Source of the DNA: Octopus vulgaris
Lineage: Eukaryota
Reading direction: 5' to 3'
NCBI GenBank assembly: GCA_951406725.2
Contig: OX597830.1
Coordinates: forward strand, 43,958,001-44,022,000
DNA length: 64,000 bases
The position numbers and the translations under genes are program-made. Shown here in pieces: positions 25,370-38,460 of the stretch. Each line of letters starts with the position of its first letter. Within the stretch, counting starts at the first letter, position 1. The notes beneath the pieces are model-generated. The model was not told the origin of the DNA and did no database searches. It saw nothing but the letters and a program-made list of their open reading frames with translations.

Positions 25370-25533
25370 CAGTGGATCCCAACCCTTTTATGTAAATGAG
25401 TTTTTCCACAGACCCCTTTTAATATGTTTATCATTATGTATTTACATATGAAATTTTGAATTTAATTCACAGACTCCCAGTCCTATCTTTGTGGACCACC
25501 AAGGGTCTGCAGACACCAGGTTGGGAACCACTG
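25370..25533. mobile_element. hAT-like MITE
   Basis: TIRs cagtggatcccaacc / ggttgggaaccactg; it interrupts a SINE tail. Confidence 0.75.
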
Positions 25534-26819
25534 GTCTAGCCCATGAAAGCATGGAAAATTCATATGGAACAGTGCAGAATATTAGAATTGAATATTAAAA
25601 AAAAAAAAAAAATGCTTTCAGACAGGTGACCTACTGAAAATGACTACATCAAGAATGGATTCGAGCTTACATTATAGAAATATTGTGTTTTTCTATGTTA
25701 ACCTGGCACAAGAATTGATTTTGAGGTAGGATTTTATGACTAGATGCTTTTGTTGCCAACTCATCAAATTTTCAAGTAAAGAATTTTTACATTCGACAGG
25801 TCTTTGAAAGCTCAGAGCAGCCATCATGATGCCAACAATATTAACATCAGCACCACTTTACACAAATGATCATAAGTGAAATATTAACATTCATTTACTT
25901 GACACAATGACCAGATTAATATAATTTTTGTCCAAGGCTGACCTGTGAATTTAGTATAGTAGAAGGGTAGAAGATATTTGCATGAGGTGTCATAGATTGA
26001 AACCATGTGGTTAGAAAGCGAGCTTCTTAACTAATTAACTACCAAATTTTTTTAATTCATACTTTTTGGCTTTGTCAGGTGTCTTCGAAGTTAAAATAAT
26101 ATATAGTATTTAAATTTTCTTCATATGTGAATTATTTTGGAAATTATAAATTTTACGAAAAGTCCCAAATGGGGACTGCTGAAAAAAAGCACATTTATCC
26201 TTTCCTATTCAATTGCAATAATAACCATTTTAGTTTTTTTGAAGTTATAGTATCAAATGTGAATGTGTATGAAATATTAATGAATGATATAAATGAGAAA
26301 TGCAAAATGAGAAAACGTTTTCAAAACGGTCAATATTTCTGTAGTCCAAAAATTGTGATTTATGACCTAAAATGTCCTCTAGAATTAGCCAGAGCTAATA
26401 ACGACAAACTTTAGCTACTAAATATTGTTAAACACACCTCTGCAAATGCAATGTGCATAAGCAACTCACTTTAAATACAATGAACAACCGGCAGTGAGAC
26501 TCTTTTTAGCAGATCCCCAAATAGGGCTCATGACAAGCAACCATAACCACATAGCTATGTCTATGTGGACAGAGTAAATGCAAGAGAGAATAGTCTGATG
26601 ACTAATTCCTTAAACAACTGAAAAATGTTGGTAGATGCACTCTACTAGCAAGAAACCCAAGGCATTGGATAGGGTATTAACAATAATACATATATATATA
26701 TATACACACACACGTGTGCATGCATGAATGTGTGCACAAGCTTGTATGCATCTATAATTATGAAGCCCAAAGAGCACATTGCAATTGCCAAATAACTTCC
26801 AGAATTGTAATCCTTTTCT

Positions 26820-28538
26820 GAAAGACAAAGACATTTATTTCACATTTATTCACCTTTCCCTTTCATATCCCTCAACAACAAATGACTTTTATAAAAAAAT
26901 AAATTACAAAAAACATTTACAAATGTACAGATTTATTTGCAGTGACAGAACATATTTGATGAAATGGGGCAGAAAAATATTTCACACATGAAAGCGATAT
27001 AAGAAGATAACGGAAGATTGCTAAAAATTCCAAAATGCATCATAGAAATATATGAAATAATATTTTTCTTATAATTTTTCCCAGTGTTTTTTGTAATTTT
27101 TTTTGTGTTTTTCCTTTTCTTCTTTTAAATAGAAATGAACAGACTTGATATCAATCAACAAGTTTTTATTAGTGGGGAGCAACAGACTCAAGGTAAATAG
27201 TTTTTCTCTCCATTTTCAGGAATCTGTGACAGGATTTAAGAAAGGTTAAGACATGGAGAGAAAGTGAAACTGACGACAGGCATATTCAGAGAATGAACGC
27301 TTAGCTCAACAACACAAACTCTCACCAGAATATTCTATGACCAACTGATACATGTAATAAATAAATATTCTGGAGGAATATAGATCTTCTCAGACAACTG
27401 CCTTCAGTAGATGACACATTTGGAGTGGAAATGATGTATGACCAAACTAATTTTATCTTTCTCTTTTCTTCAAGATTCTTACACTGGACACAATTTGTAA
27501 ATCCTTGATCTAATATTCCATTCAGTTAGGAAAAAAACAACAACAATATTTTACTTATGTATGAGCACCAGTTGGCCTTTCAGTAAATAAACATTCAAAA
27601 ACTTATAAAAGCATAAAAAAATCTGTAATGTAAAAATAAAAATTAAAATCAAACTTATTAAAATTTAGTAATTTATAAAACCAAACTTTGAAGAGGATTT
27701 CTTTGAGTTCTTAAGAATTAAAATATTCACCAATGTAAGTTGTTGGTTAGCCTCAAAATCAGTCTAGGCTATTTTTTTTTTCTTAGCCACGACTGACATT
27801 TTTTTTTGCATTAGACTTACGCTGGTCAATATATCCTTCCTTTTTATAAGACAGTAGGGTGTGCTTTGAAGGAATTTGATTACTATTTCTAGCAGGTCAA
27901 ATGACTGTTTAGAGAGTCCATCATTGACAAACTGTTAGTTAATTAGATGGAGTCTCTAAAACAGCACTTGCAGGCACTAAGTGCCTTGTAAAGTGGCTGC
28001 ACATGGGATAGTTATAACAGACTGACTGAAATTTAAGCCAAATTTGGAAAAATCTGAAGATCATAGCACAAGGTATTTTTTTTACATTTGGTTAAACAGA
28101 AGTAGGCACCAATAATTCAACTTTTTCAAACATCACAGAAATTAAGTCATACGAAAGAGCTTTAAACAAAGAAAACTTTTTAAAAAATCACTAAGCATTT
28201 AATGCTTTTTAACACTAATTATGAGATTAAAATTTTCATAAAATAGGAAAAAAAAAAGCTATCAGTTTCTTACAACCAATCCTTATCAAGGGGGTGGAAA
28301 AAGAAAGAAAAAAGTATGCTTACTGGTGGTCCCTTTTCTATAAAAACTCAAATGCTCTTTAGTGGCTTTTTTTTTTACAAGAAACTTTCAATTCCTTAAA
28401 GTATTTTTTTTTAATTTAAGAGAAGTTCTGAAGTTGCTGCAATCAGGGGAATACACAGGCAAAAGAAAGAAATTCACACAGTGAACAAGAATTATGATTA
28501 TAAATAATCATTAAAAGACCAAAGAAAGTTTAAAAAAG

Positions 28539-28580
<42 letters not shown>

Positions 28581-30647
28581 TATGATATATATACATATAT
28601 ATGATATAATGTCACCGGAAATTGTCTTCAGTTCCATCGCTTAGCTTGATTTCAGTACACCCTATCTGACATTCTTGGTATTTTTATCCAGAAATTAGGA
28701 TTTTAAAGAAGAGAAAAACCCAAGAGTAATGTCAAGAACTAGTCTATTTCATTACTAAAAATTGTTATATAGTCTGAGCCTTTTGTTAAAAATACCAGTG
28801 TAGATATTTATATGTAAGGTGTATACAAAAAGTATACAAATTCTAACTATACACATCTTCAAACATTTTCTTCTAAAGCATTAATTACAAACAACAAATA
28901 TGGTCTGGCAGTGTCTGCTAGTGAGCTCTACAAAAATAAAAATGGGACCTCTAGACATAAGACATAATAGGATACTAATTCAACTACACAAGAGACATAC
29001 TTTTTCTAGCATTATTCATAAATTTGTTTTCATATAACAAATGGATTGTAAACGGATCATATTAATGAAGTTAATTACAACATGATATGGATAGTTCTAA
29101 TGATAGCAAAGAAAAAAAAAAAAAGAAAAAAGATTTTCACCATTTAATATAGCTTTCACAGCATAGAAAGATTAAGGGAGAAATTATGTACTGCTTTGGT
29201 TTTTGAATAAAGTATAATATTGCATTTGTATTCTAGCTGTACCTGCAATAGCTAAAACGCATTCATCTGTTTCAAAGTGCCTAATGGGTTCCCTAAGCAT
29301 AAAATAGAGTAAGAAACAGAGGTCATTGGAACTAGGTTTAAAAAGAGAAAGGATGAAATAAACAAAAAAAAGAAAAAGGTTTTCCAGAATCCAAAGTAGA
29401 GCAATGGTTGCAAGAATTAACTGTAGGAGCAAACAGCCAGAACCAAAATACAAATATGGAGGATTCAAAAGTAAAAATGTGCTCCACTAAAAAAAAAAAA
29501 AAGAAAGAAAAAAAAAAAAAACAGAAAAAGACCTGCTTATCCTCTTACAGAAATGTTTGTTCCATTTATATTTTCTTTCACTATTCCTTGAATTCTAAGA
29601 CTTTTCCTGTCACTGCCAAGTGAGACAATACACAATCTTATACAAGTCATTAGTTTCAATGGAGGCTGGATTAGCAAAACCGATAGAGCTTCAGACAAAT
29701 GCCTTGCTGAATTTAAATGTCCAGCCCTTTACAAATTCCGCAGAGTTCAACTTTGCCTTTCAGTATTCCAAAGTTGATTTTTATCAACAGAAAGTGAAGT
29801 CACCCAGGCTTCTTCAAGCAAGAGACTATGGTTGAGTATCTCAAATCTTCTTAGTGCTGCTTGCGTTTTAATAGCAGATGAGGTTGTAGATCCCAATGGC
29901 TGTAATATTCCTGTGAGAATTGGCAACCACCAGGTATCATTAGCTTTGAAAGACATAACAGACATGATGCAACATTGCCCCCTCAAATCCTATAATAAAC
30001 AGGATGTGTGGTGCATTATCATGCCTGACGCAAGCTGACAGAAGTTTAAATTTCGGAAGTCCAATGCAAGAGTTTTAATATTTAAGAGTGTGAGGAAATG
30101 GTAGCAAGTCTGACATTTTCCAACAAAAAGGCAGTGTTAGGCATTTCCCCAAAATATCCTATAGCCAGATATGCACTAATAAAAAAAGAGAAAAAAAAAA
30201 ATTTTCTGTTTAAATTTGGAAAGTGTTGGAACACTGTTGGAGGAGATAAAAACAATGGATACATATGTATGGTGTATGCATATGTATGATATATATGTAA
30301 CAGAAAAAAAAAAAAAAATCCCTGGGTATATTTCTTAAAATAAAAGGGGGAAAAAAAATTGAAAACAAAATAAGATCCAAATAACAGGTTATCCATTGGC
30401 AGTTGTAAAGGGAATGAGCACAGCCAGCCAGCATTATTTGGCAATTCAAAATAGTACTGGTTTTCCCCCCTCAATACTCTCTAGTACATCTCTTCACTGT
30501 AACAAAAGAGTCACATGAACACAACTGTTGCTATTATTAATCATCTGTTTTGTCCGTTTCTATCTTTCTGCACAGTAGAGGACCTCCCTCACTTAAATGT
30601 TTTTCGCTCTTATTTTTTTTTAACATTTTTTTTTTCTCATTTGTATT
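26820..30647 (-). other. Probable long 3' UTR of the UBALD gene
   Basis: Repeat-poor and U-rich on the minus strand. Twin minus-strand AATAAA hexamers (plus tttatt at 26834-26839 and 26845-26850) have TGTA motifs upstream and GT/T-rich sequence downstream. The true end is inferred. Confidence 0.45.
27133..27192 (+). other. Candidate 60-nt exon of an unidentified plus-strand transcript
   Basis: A long polypyrimidine tract plus TAG precedes it and AAG|GTAAAT follows; the phase 1-1 frame is open (MNRLDINQQVFISGEQQTQ). No homology recognised. Confidence 0.3.
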
Positions 30648-30818
30648 TTATCGATGTGCCATTTCCATTGGTTTGGGAGTCGGTTGAGTATTCGACTGTG
30701 ATCCTGTTGCATATGCTGGTGAAGAGCCTAACCTGTCTGTAGTTGATAACTTTGACAATGCTGTAAGAGCCTCAGGGAAATTTGGTGGTGTTGCTGGAGT
30801 ATTTGCAGGGGTACAGAG
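30648..30818 (-). CDS. UBALD1: Terminal coding exon of a UBA-like domain-containing protein (UBALD1/2, FAM100 family); upstream exons not found in window
   Basis: Minus strand reads ttttttttgttttcttctcAG|CTC TGT ACC..., a phase-0 exon of 56 codons plus TAA: LCTPANTPATPPNFPEALTALSKLSTTDRLGSSPAYATGSQSNTQPTPKPMEMAHR*. CTPxNTPATPPNFPxAL...SKL is the UBALD/FAM100 motif as I recall it. UBALD1 versus UBALD2 cannot be distinguished. Confidence 0.9.
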   Translation of the reverse strand, partial: LCTPANTPATPPNFPEALTALSKLSTTDRLGSSPAYATGSQSNTQPTPKPMEMAHR

Positions 30819-31728
30819 CTGAGAAGAAAACAAAAAAAAAGACAAAATTAAACTGACATATAATTGACAGGTGATTATTGCAATAAAATATGGTTAACTT
30901 TTTCCAACTATCAACCTCATCTTTAGAGATGAAGAAATGTTTATTCACATCTTTTACCTCTTTCAGTTGAACAAATTAACCCCAATACTTGCTACACACG
31001 ACAAGCTTCTTTTTAGTTTGTGTGTACCAAATCCACTCATAAGGCACTCATCCAGAGTGCCATGCAGTGGGACTCAGCCCAAGAACCATGTGTAGGTGTA
31101 GCCATGCCTGTATTAACATGACCTTTGATCCCTGAGTCATCAGGGGTCTCATTCTTTGATGTGTACATGATACCAGACTGAATTTTGATGGACACTTACA
31201 AGAATAAGTCAACAAAGAAGCCAGTACATAAGCATTCAACAGCCAAATCTCACTCAGATCACATCCTAAAAGGACAGATACTAAAAAGTAAGGGCACATT
31301 AGTCAGTGCTGTTCCTGACTATACAAAAGGATGCAATGATTATCACATTTGCTCGATCAGATGTGATCTGCAGTTGAACAACGACATCCAACACAGCCAA
31401 ATATAAAACCCTGAAGATGATCTGAGATCAAGCTGTTTGAGATAGATTAAAAGTCTGAAAAATTTTCACCACTAAATGAATTTAAACATTCAATTTGAAT
31501 AAAAACAATTTAGATAAAACTTCAGCAAGAATTAAATAGAAACTTAGACAATGCATCATAGATTCAACTCTGAAAATTCTTGTCCTAAATAATCCAAGTA
31601 AATTCCTGTTGAAAGTTAGTGAGTTTGTAAGATTACAAAACCAGGAAAACTTATTGCAGAAAATGAACAACACAAGAATACTACAGTCTCTGAGTACATA
31701 AAATGGAATAGTTGTCAATGTCTAGGTC

Positions 31729-31946
31729 CAATGGTTCTCAACCATTTTTTGATTCCTATTTTCCTCTACCAGACCTCCATAGCCATTCAATGTATATATT
31801 TAAAAAATCCTACTGTATTTTATAATTAAATTAAATTGTTAAAATAAAAAAAAATTATAATATCTTGTGTATTTTAGAAGTGTAACCAATTTATTACATA
31901 TAAATTTTAACAAATATCTTATATGAACCCCAGCTGAGAATCACTG
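31729..31946. mobile_element. hAT-like MITE
   Basis: Ends caatggttctcaacc and gctgagaatcactg. Confidence 0.7.
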
Positions 31947-32231
31947 GTCCAGACTTTGAAAAAAACTGATGAAGTTTGTTTTCATTTATTCTTTTTGTTA
32001 TTGTAAAAGGTATGTTTGGTTTTTTTCTCTCTTTGCACATGACCATAGCTAAATGAATGTTCAACTTGTTTTCCAACTTGCATTATTCTTTCTAGATTTA
32101 GATCTGCATCCTTCATCTGCTCTCTGTCTCAATTTCATTTGTTCCATCTTGGCAAACATCCTAATGATGTGCAAGGTTGCAGTTAATTTTTAAGAAAAAG
32201 TCTCCAATATTTAGTTTTCACAGAGGCAGAA

Positions 32232-32430
32232 AACTGGCAGAATCACTAGCATGTAGGTCAAAATGCTGAGCAGCACTTCTGACTTTAATGTTCCAAGTTC
32301 AAATTCTACTGAGGTTAACTGCCTTCTAACCTTTTGGGGGTCAACAAAACAAGTTGAGCACTGGAGTTGATGTATTCAACAAGCCCCCACCACCACCAAA
32401 ATTTCAGGCATTGTGCCTATAGTGGGGGAT
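32232..32430 (+). mobile_element. SINE family A (decayed)
   Basis: ctggcagaatcactagc...aagttcaaattc...ttgtgcctatagt. Confidence 0.75.
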
Positions 32431-33264
32431 TATTTAGGTTCCTGACATACCAATTAAACAACTCACAGAATGGCTATCCTACACATTCATCTGAGTAAAT
32501 TAAGTTGAATGGTTTCTACTGTGGCTACAAAATCATTTGTACAGTGAGAATTATTTTTCCTCTCAAAATAATTTCTCATCTCAGTTAAAATTAATACCTT
32601 CCAAATGTAAGTTTAAATGCATTTTCTCCTGTTGTTTCTCCAATACCTTGGACATTAGCCTTGAATATTGCTATCACCTCCTGGTCTATTGGCAGTTTTC
32701 AGTAGTAAAAACATATTTTTCATACATATCACCAAGTTGGATGACCCAGACAATTGTCAAACATCAATAAAAGTTAAATCTAATTTTATAGACATATCTT
32801 TGGCTTTGGGAGAGCCAACTCTTAAACCAATCTGAGAATAAAAATGTTTTGTTGACTGCTGCCAAGACCCACAACTTTTGTTTAGATGGTCATTTGATTT
32901 AAAGGGATGCACTTTTGACTGCAATCTGATGCAAATTAGCAAATAACATGCAATTTCAATTATTGCACTGTTTTTTTTTGTTTTTTGTATAGGAATTCAA
33001 AGATGATGCAGTACTTTGTTCTTTATAAAGCATTGTGTTTTTACACAACACTAAATTTTTATAAAGTGTTTAAGAATCATCTTAGATATTGTTCATTTGC
33101 TTTTAATTTGGCCTACTTCAGTTCTGGCAGTACTACTTTCATATTTGCCAATTAATCCTAATTTTTCTTATAATTCTAATTTCCTCTTCTAAGCATTTTT
33201 ACCATTTGTACAACTATCAGTACACACATTTTTAGAACATGAGAATAAATTGTGTGTTTATTAT

Positions 33265-33615
33265 AGTCATGGCTGATGCCAGTGCTGTCTGACTGGCACC
33301 CATGCCGATGGCATGTAAAAAGCACAGTTTGAGCATTGGGCCTTGTGGAGGCAGTGACAGGTGACCAAGACCTTTGGCGATATACCGTGCTTGTGTAAAC
33401 TTATCAAGCCAAGTGAGACCATAGGTACGGTCGATGCCAATGTCAGATCAATGGCACTTAAAAGACACCTACTACACAGAGTGGTTAGCATTAGGAAGGG
33501 CATCCAATCATAGAAACCTTGCAAATTCAGATTGGAACTTGGTGTAGCACCCCCAGGTACCAGTTTTCGATCAAACTGTCCAACCCATGCCAGTATGGAA
33601 AGCAGACATATGATG
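33265..33615 (+). mobile_element. SINE family C
   Basis: ...agcattaggaagggcatcc...aacccatgccagtatggaaagcagac. Confidence 0.8.
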
Positions 33616-34011
33616 TTTAAAAAAAGTTCTCAAATAAATATGGTTTACATAGCAACACCAAATCCCTAAGAACAAAATATGTATACAAAGTATACAGATG
33701 TAGCAGGAAACAACTTAGGAATCATATCTGAAACAAGGAATTGGAGCAATATATTTGGTTCCTTCTGAAAGAAAACTGAAATGAAAGGGAAACTTAGCAT
33801 ACTATTTTATCTTTTTTATATGTAGTAAATCAAATTCTTATGCTCAGTATTTGAATTTTAATATTGAATCATCAACTGCATAAAAATCACAATATTCCTG
33901 TACATGAATAGTGAATATTACAATACTGAATATTGTAAAATGTCAGTTAAAGAAAAAGGTATAAAATAAAAATTAAAAAAAAAAAAAAAAAGATGTAGCT
34001 GACAATTAGGA

Positions 34012-34230
34012 TTAACCATCTAGCATTTAAACTGGCCATATCTGGTCCAAAATATTCTTTCTGTTCTATGTTAAAACTGACCAGATCTGACCTCACACCT
34101 ACTGGATAATGTCATTCAAAACAATCACGTCAAAATCTTCTAAACCTTGATATAAGGCAGGATTAATTCAAAACAATGTGAATAAATAAGCAATGCATTT
34201 GAGGGAATAATCTGAGTGCTAAAGGGTTAA
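34012..34230. mobile_element. piggyBac-like MITE
   Basis: TTAA-ccatctagcatt...gtgctaaaggg-TTAA. Confidence 0.8.
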
Positions 34231-35299
34231 CAGCTCAACTGTTAGAAAATAATATAACTTGCAGGCCTTCACTGTATTGACCAGACTATTGTATGCTGTT
34301 ATATACTGCTGGTCACCATGTGCAAGCAAACATTTCCCCCGAATGGAATGCCAGTCCACTGTAAAATTACCCATTTACAGCTGAGCAAATTGGAGCTGCA
34401 TTGTGAAATGGAGTGTGTTTTTGCTGAAGAACACAATGCACCACCCAGTCTGGGAATTGAAACCATGAGCTTGTGAGCACAAGTGCAACATCCTAACCAC
34501 TAGGCCATGAGCCTTCACTAATGAGGTTGTAGATATACAGAAATGGTGAGGAAGTTATCAAAGCTGTGATGCTTTGATCAAAGATTCTACATGATCATGG
34601 ATTGATCTGGCACACACACAAAACCAAAACCAAAACAAAAAAAAACAACTTCTTGAATCATTTATGCAGTCACACTAATAGTTTAGATAAATCATTGATA
34701 AAGATGAAGCCTGTTTGACACTAGGTATTCGTGCACTAATTGCATTGTAATTAAAAAAAAAAAAAGTTACTAGTTAGAGCATCTCGCAAAAAATATATAA
34801 AAAACAAATTTGATGGGAAAAGGTGAACAGCTTACACAAAAAGGGATAAGCAGGCTGATAAGGAGATGTAAATTGAAAGAACATGTGATGGGAAGTGAAT
34901 AATATTTTTGTTTTAAAGTGACATGTTAGAAATCAATAAATGTTGGTATAGTTTTCATGGTAAAATTAGAATGGTAAGAGAGAGAAAGAGAGGCAAAGAG
35001 CGGAAGAAAGAGAGTGGGGCAGGAGATGTCATTGATACTTTGGTCAGAAGGTTAACACTCAGTGGTTCTTAACATGGGCAATAGTGGTCCCTTCAGGTAT
35101 TGAGAGCTCACAAAGGGGACAGCAAATATCAAGAGCACTCTATGGATATTCAGAGAGGTTGTGATTTTTTCTTAGAAATTAAGCATTTAAACTTAGCACA
35201 AGACAAACACATTTCTGAAGAAATCTTTCTGAGGATCAGAATACAAGTTCGGCATAGTTACCAAGCAGCAATGCTTAATATATTTACATTAGACAAGCG

Positions 35300-35675
35300 C
35301 TAAGAGCACCATCTGAACGTGATCGTTGCCAGAGCAGCTAACTGGCTTCCGTGCCGGTGGCATGTAAGAGCCACCAATCGAGTATGATCATTACCAGCAT
35401 TGCCTTACTGGCACTTGTGCAGGTGGTACGTAAAAAAACATTTGAGTGAGGTTGTTTCCAGTGCCGCTGGACTGGCTCCTGTGCAGGTGGCACGTAAAAA
35501 ACACCATTTGAGCATGGCCATTGCCAGTACCGCTTGACTGGCATTAGGAAGGGCATCCAGCTGTAGAAACTCTGCCAGATCAGATTGGAGCCTAGTGCAG
35601 CCATCTGGTTCGTCAGTCCTCAGTCAAATCAGCCAACCCATGCCAGCATGGAAAGTGGACGTTAAACGATGATGA
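35300..35675 (+). mobile_element. SINE family C with internal tandem repeats
   Basis: Repeated actggctcctgtgcaggtggcacgtaaaaa units, then ggcattaggaagggcatcc...gacgttaaacgatgatg. Confidence 0.85.
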
Positions 35676-37634
35676 AATCCTTGCCCTCTTTAATAATTCC
35701 CGTACATACTTAACGCAAGAGGATATTAATCCACACAAATATGCTGGATGGGATAGTAAAAATAAACAGAGATAATAAACTAATCCACAAAATTGGTCTA
35801 TTTAATTATAATAATTACTGGGGTTTTTTTTTGTGTGCATAACATACATTTATTTTTAATTTTCCATTTGGTGAAAAGGAGTGCTGACCCACATCTGGTT
35901 AAGTGGCATCCGGTGAGTCTAAGATAAGTCTGAAAAAAATGAACAGCTAACTTGAAACCTGGTACAAACTGAGCAAAAAAATGTATCTTCATTGTGTATA
36001 AAAAAGAAATTTTTTTTAGTCATGTTTGATTAATTAATATCATGAAATTTCTTAGTCCTTTTGTTATCCAATTTCTGTTGAAATATACTGCCTTTGTTTT
36101 AATTAATTTAGAAGGTAAATCAACTTTGTCAGTGATTATAAACTTTGAACCGAATGCTTTATTCAAATCACAGGGTAGTTTGTTCTTCATCCATTGTCAG
36201 TGCTGGAGATAGTTATTCTTGGGTTAGGGTTAGTGGTGTGGCTTTTTCATTCTACTTAAACCAGATTCATGGACAATGGAATGAGAATCTACTCCTACGG
36301 TTTGACCCAAGGATTTGGTTCAGTTTGAAATTTTAAGAACATTACCCAATATAACAGACTCCTTAGTAGGCTGAGGGATATTACTGTTCTATACAAGTAT
36401 TAAATCAAATATTGGAAATTAGAGACCAATATTTCATTTCAAGTTTAGCAAGAATTCTAATCAATTTCTCTTTAATAGCTTCCTTTAATTGTTCAACTCA
36501 AGTAGACATGCATGGATTCTAAGGCAGTTGGACATTTCTTTTGGATTGGTTTTCACTTTTGAAAACTAATGAAGTGTAGAAAAGCACTATAATTAGTTAC
36601 AATTCAAAATAGAAAGCCAGTTCATTTAACTACCATAAATCCACCATTCTCATCTTTACCCAATTTCATGAAAAGAAACAAACTTGATAGCCAATAAACC
36701 AGTAAGAACGCTTCCACGAAGTTGCATAACCTGTTCAATGCAGTTACATCTTTAAAACACAGTTTAATAGCTTTAAAATTAAGACATTCTATGCCTTAAA
36801 TCTAAAAGGGTAGAATGTACAATTGCAAAAATAAAAGTCTTTGCTAGAAACTACCTCCATGTAATAAAAAAATACACTTAAGCTGATAGTCAACAACTCT
36901 CTATTCCAAGGTAGCTAATGTTCTTTTAATAACACCAGATAAGATTATATCTCCCTTTAAAAGACAGATTGGAAATTTTATTTCTTTCATTGAAATTTAA
37001 TATTAAAAGAAATAAAATCTTAAAAGCAACTAAAGTATGAAAAAGTTGTTTGGAAGAATGCTTTTGAAAGAAGAAAATGATTAAATTATGTTATTGTTCA
37101 GCCCCAGGCCAGCCTATGTGGCAGACCTATGATCAAAGACTATTCAGTATTGTGTTCAGGAAAAGCGTAACTTGGACAACATTATTCAATGCATCCTTCC
37201 TTTTTCTATTCCTGTAAACAAGAAGAATATCTAAATTGTAACCATTTTGTTTTCAACAGACGTCCATCCAAACAACTTTGAAATTTTTATTCATTGTTGT
37301 TTTAAATTTTTCAAGATCCAATATTTTTTAATGTTTTAACTGTTTCTTCCAAATCAGTTGTAAAACAATCTCTTAAAAGCAAATAAAAATTGAACTCGCA
37401 AATGCTCCATGACTATTTTAATGGATAAAGGTAAGCGAAGAACAGACAACAAAACTGATATTGCAATGTGAGTAGCTAATGCAAACAAAAAAACACCTTT
37501 CATTAGTAAAGCTACACATTACTGTAATATTTCCAATGAGCTGAAATACATTTAAAAGGGTCCTGCCTCAAATGCTCTTATTCTGTTTAAATATTTGGAT
37601 ATGTGAAAAGGAGGACATTATTTTATGAAATTTG

Positions 37635-37990
37635 TGCAGTAAAAAACTTGCTTCTCAATCACAAGGTCCCAGGTTCAGCCTCACTGCATGGCACCTTGGG
37701 CAAGAGTCTACTATAGCATCAGGCTGGCCAAAACCTTGCGAATGGATTTGGTAGATGGAAACTGTAAGAAGCCCATTGTATGTGTGTGTGTGTTTGTCTT
37801 CTGTCACTGCTTGACAACTGGTGTTGGTGTGTTTACATTTTCAGTAAAAGAGTCTGATAGAATATATAGCAGGCTTGAAAAAAAAAAAAAAAAAAAGTAC
37901 TGGTGTTGATCCCTTTGATGCAAAATTCTTCATGGCAGTGCCTCAGAATGGCTGCAGTCTAATGCCTGAGGCAAGTAAAAGATAAAAGGA
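37635..37990 (+). mobile_element. SINE family B, near full length
   Basis: aggttcagcctcactgcatggcaccttgggcaag...gcaagtaaaagataaaag. Confidence 0.85.
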
Positions 37991-38159
37991 TATTCCAATC
38001 ATCTCCAACTTCCATCAAAATTCTCAAACAAAAGTTTTGTATTGAGATCCATAGAGCTTTAAATTATTGCAAAAATCAATATATCTTCCTGCAATACATA
38101 TTCTCTCTCCAACCATTTTCTCCACTCACTATTTCTGGGAGACTTGTAGGGGATGAGTC

Positions 38160-38460
38160 CTCAGGCATCTTCTCTGTAGGGGGCCAATCAGAAGCAACCC
38201 TCATTACACCTTTCTAAATGGGTTTCTAAACATCACCAACAATGACCATGGACAGCATCCAACCATCACATTCTTGGTCTACCTCTAGATCTTCAGCTGG
38301 TTGGCTCAGCTTAGAGAATCTGTCTTGCAATTCTTCCTGTGACATTCTAATCATATCCATAGTATAGAGGTTGTGACCTCTCAATGCAGTAAAGTAGCAG
38401 CTTGATCTGGAGAGACTCTTTGATAATATTTGCTTGCCTCCATATAGGATCATATTTTCC
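38160..38460 (-). mobile_element. RTE-type LINE 3' relic
   Basis: Encodes MIRMSQE...GRPRM.WLD-like peptide; related to 47110-47640. Confidence 0.55.

Noticed and set aside
29620-30130. Overlapping short ORFs downstream of the UBALD stop
   Set aside because: No recognisable homology and one includes a SINE fragment; best explained as 3' UTR.
33660-33800. Strong minus-strand acceptor (ttccctttcatttcagttttctttcag) resembling UBALD 'SxFFQ'
   Set aside because: The flanking residues do not match TALSxFFQE and no clear donor follows; at most a cryptic site.
35300-35540. Regularly spaced ~60 bp repeats resembling a CRISPR array
   Set aside because: The units are degenerate tandem repeats without unique spacers, lie inside a SINE, and have no cas genes in a eukaryotic context.
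35798-35992. ORF containing LAVHFFQ as a possible UBALD exon 2
   Set aside because: Chance similarity from a T-rich tract; the rest of the motif is absent.
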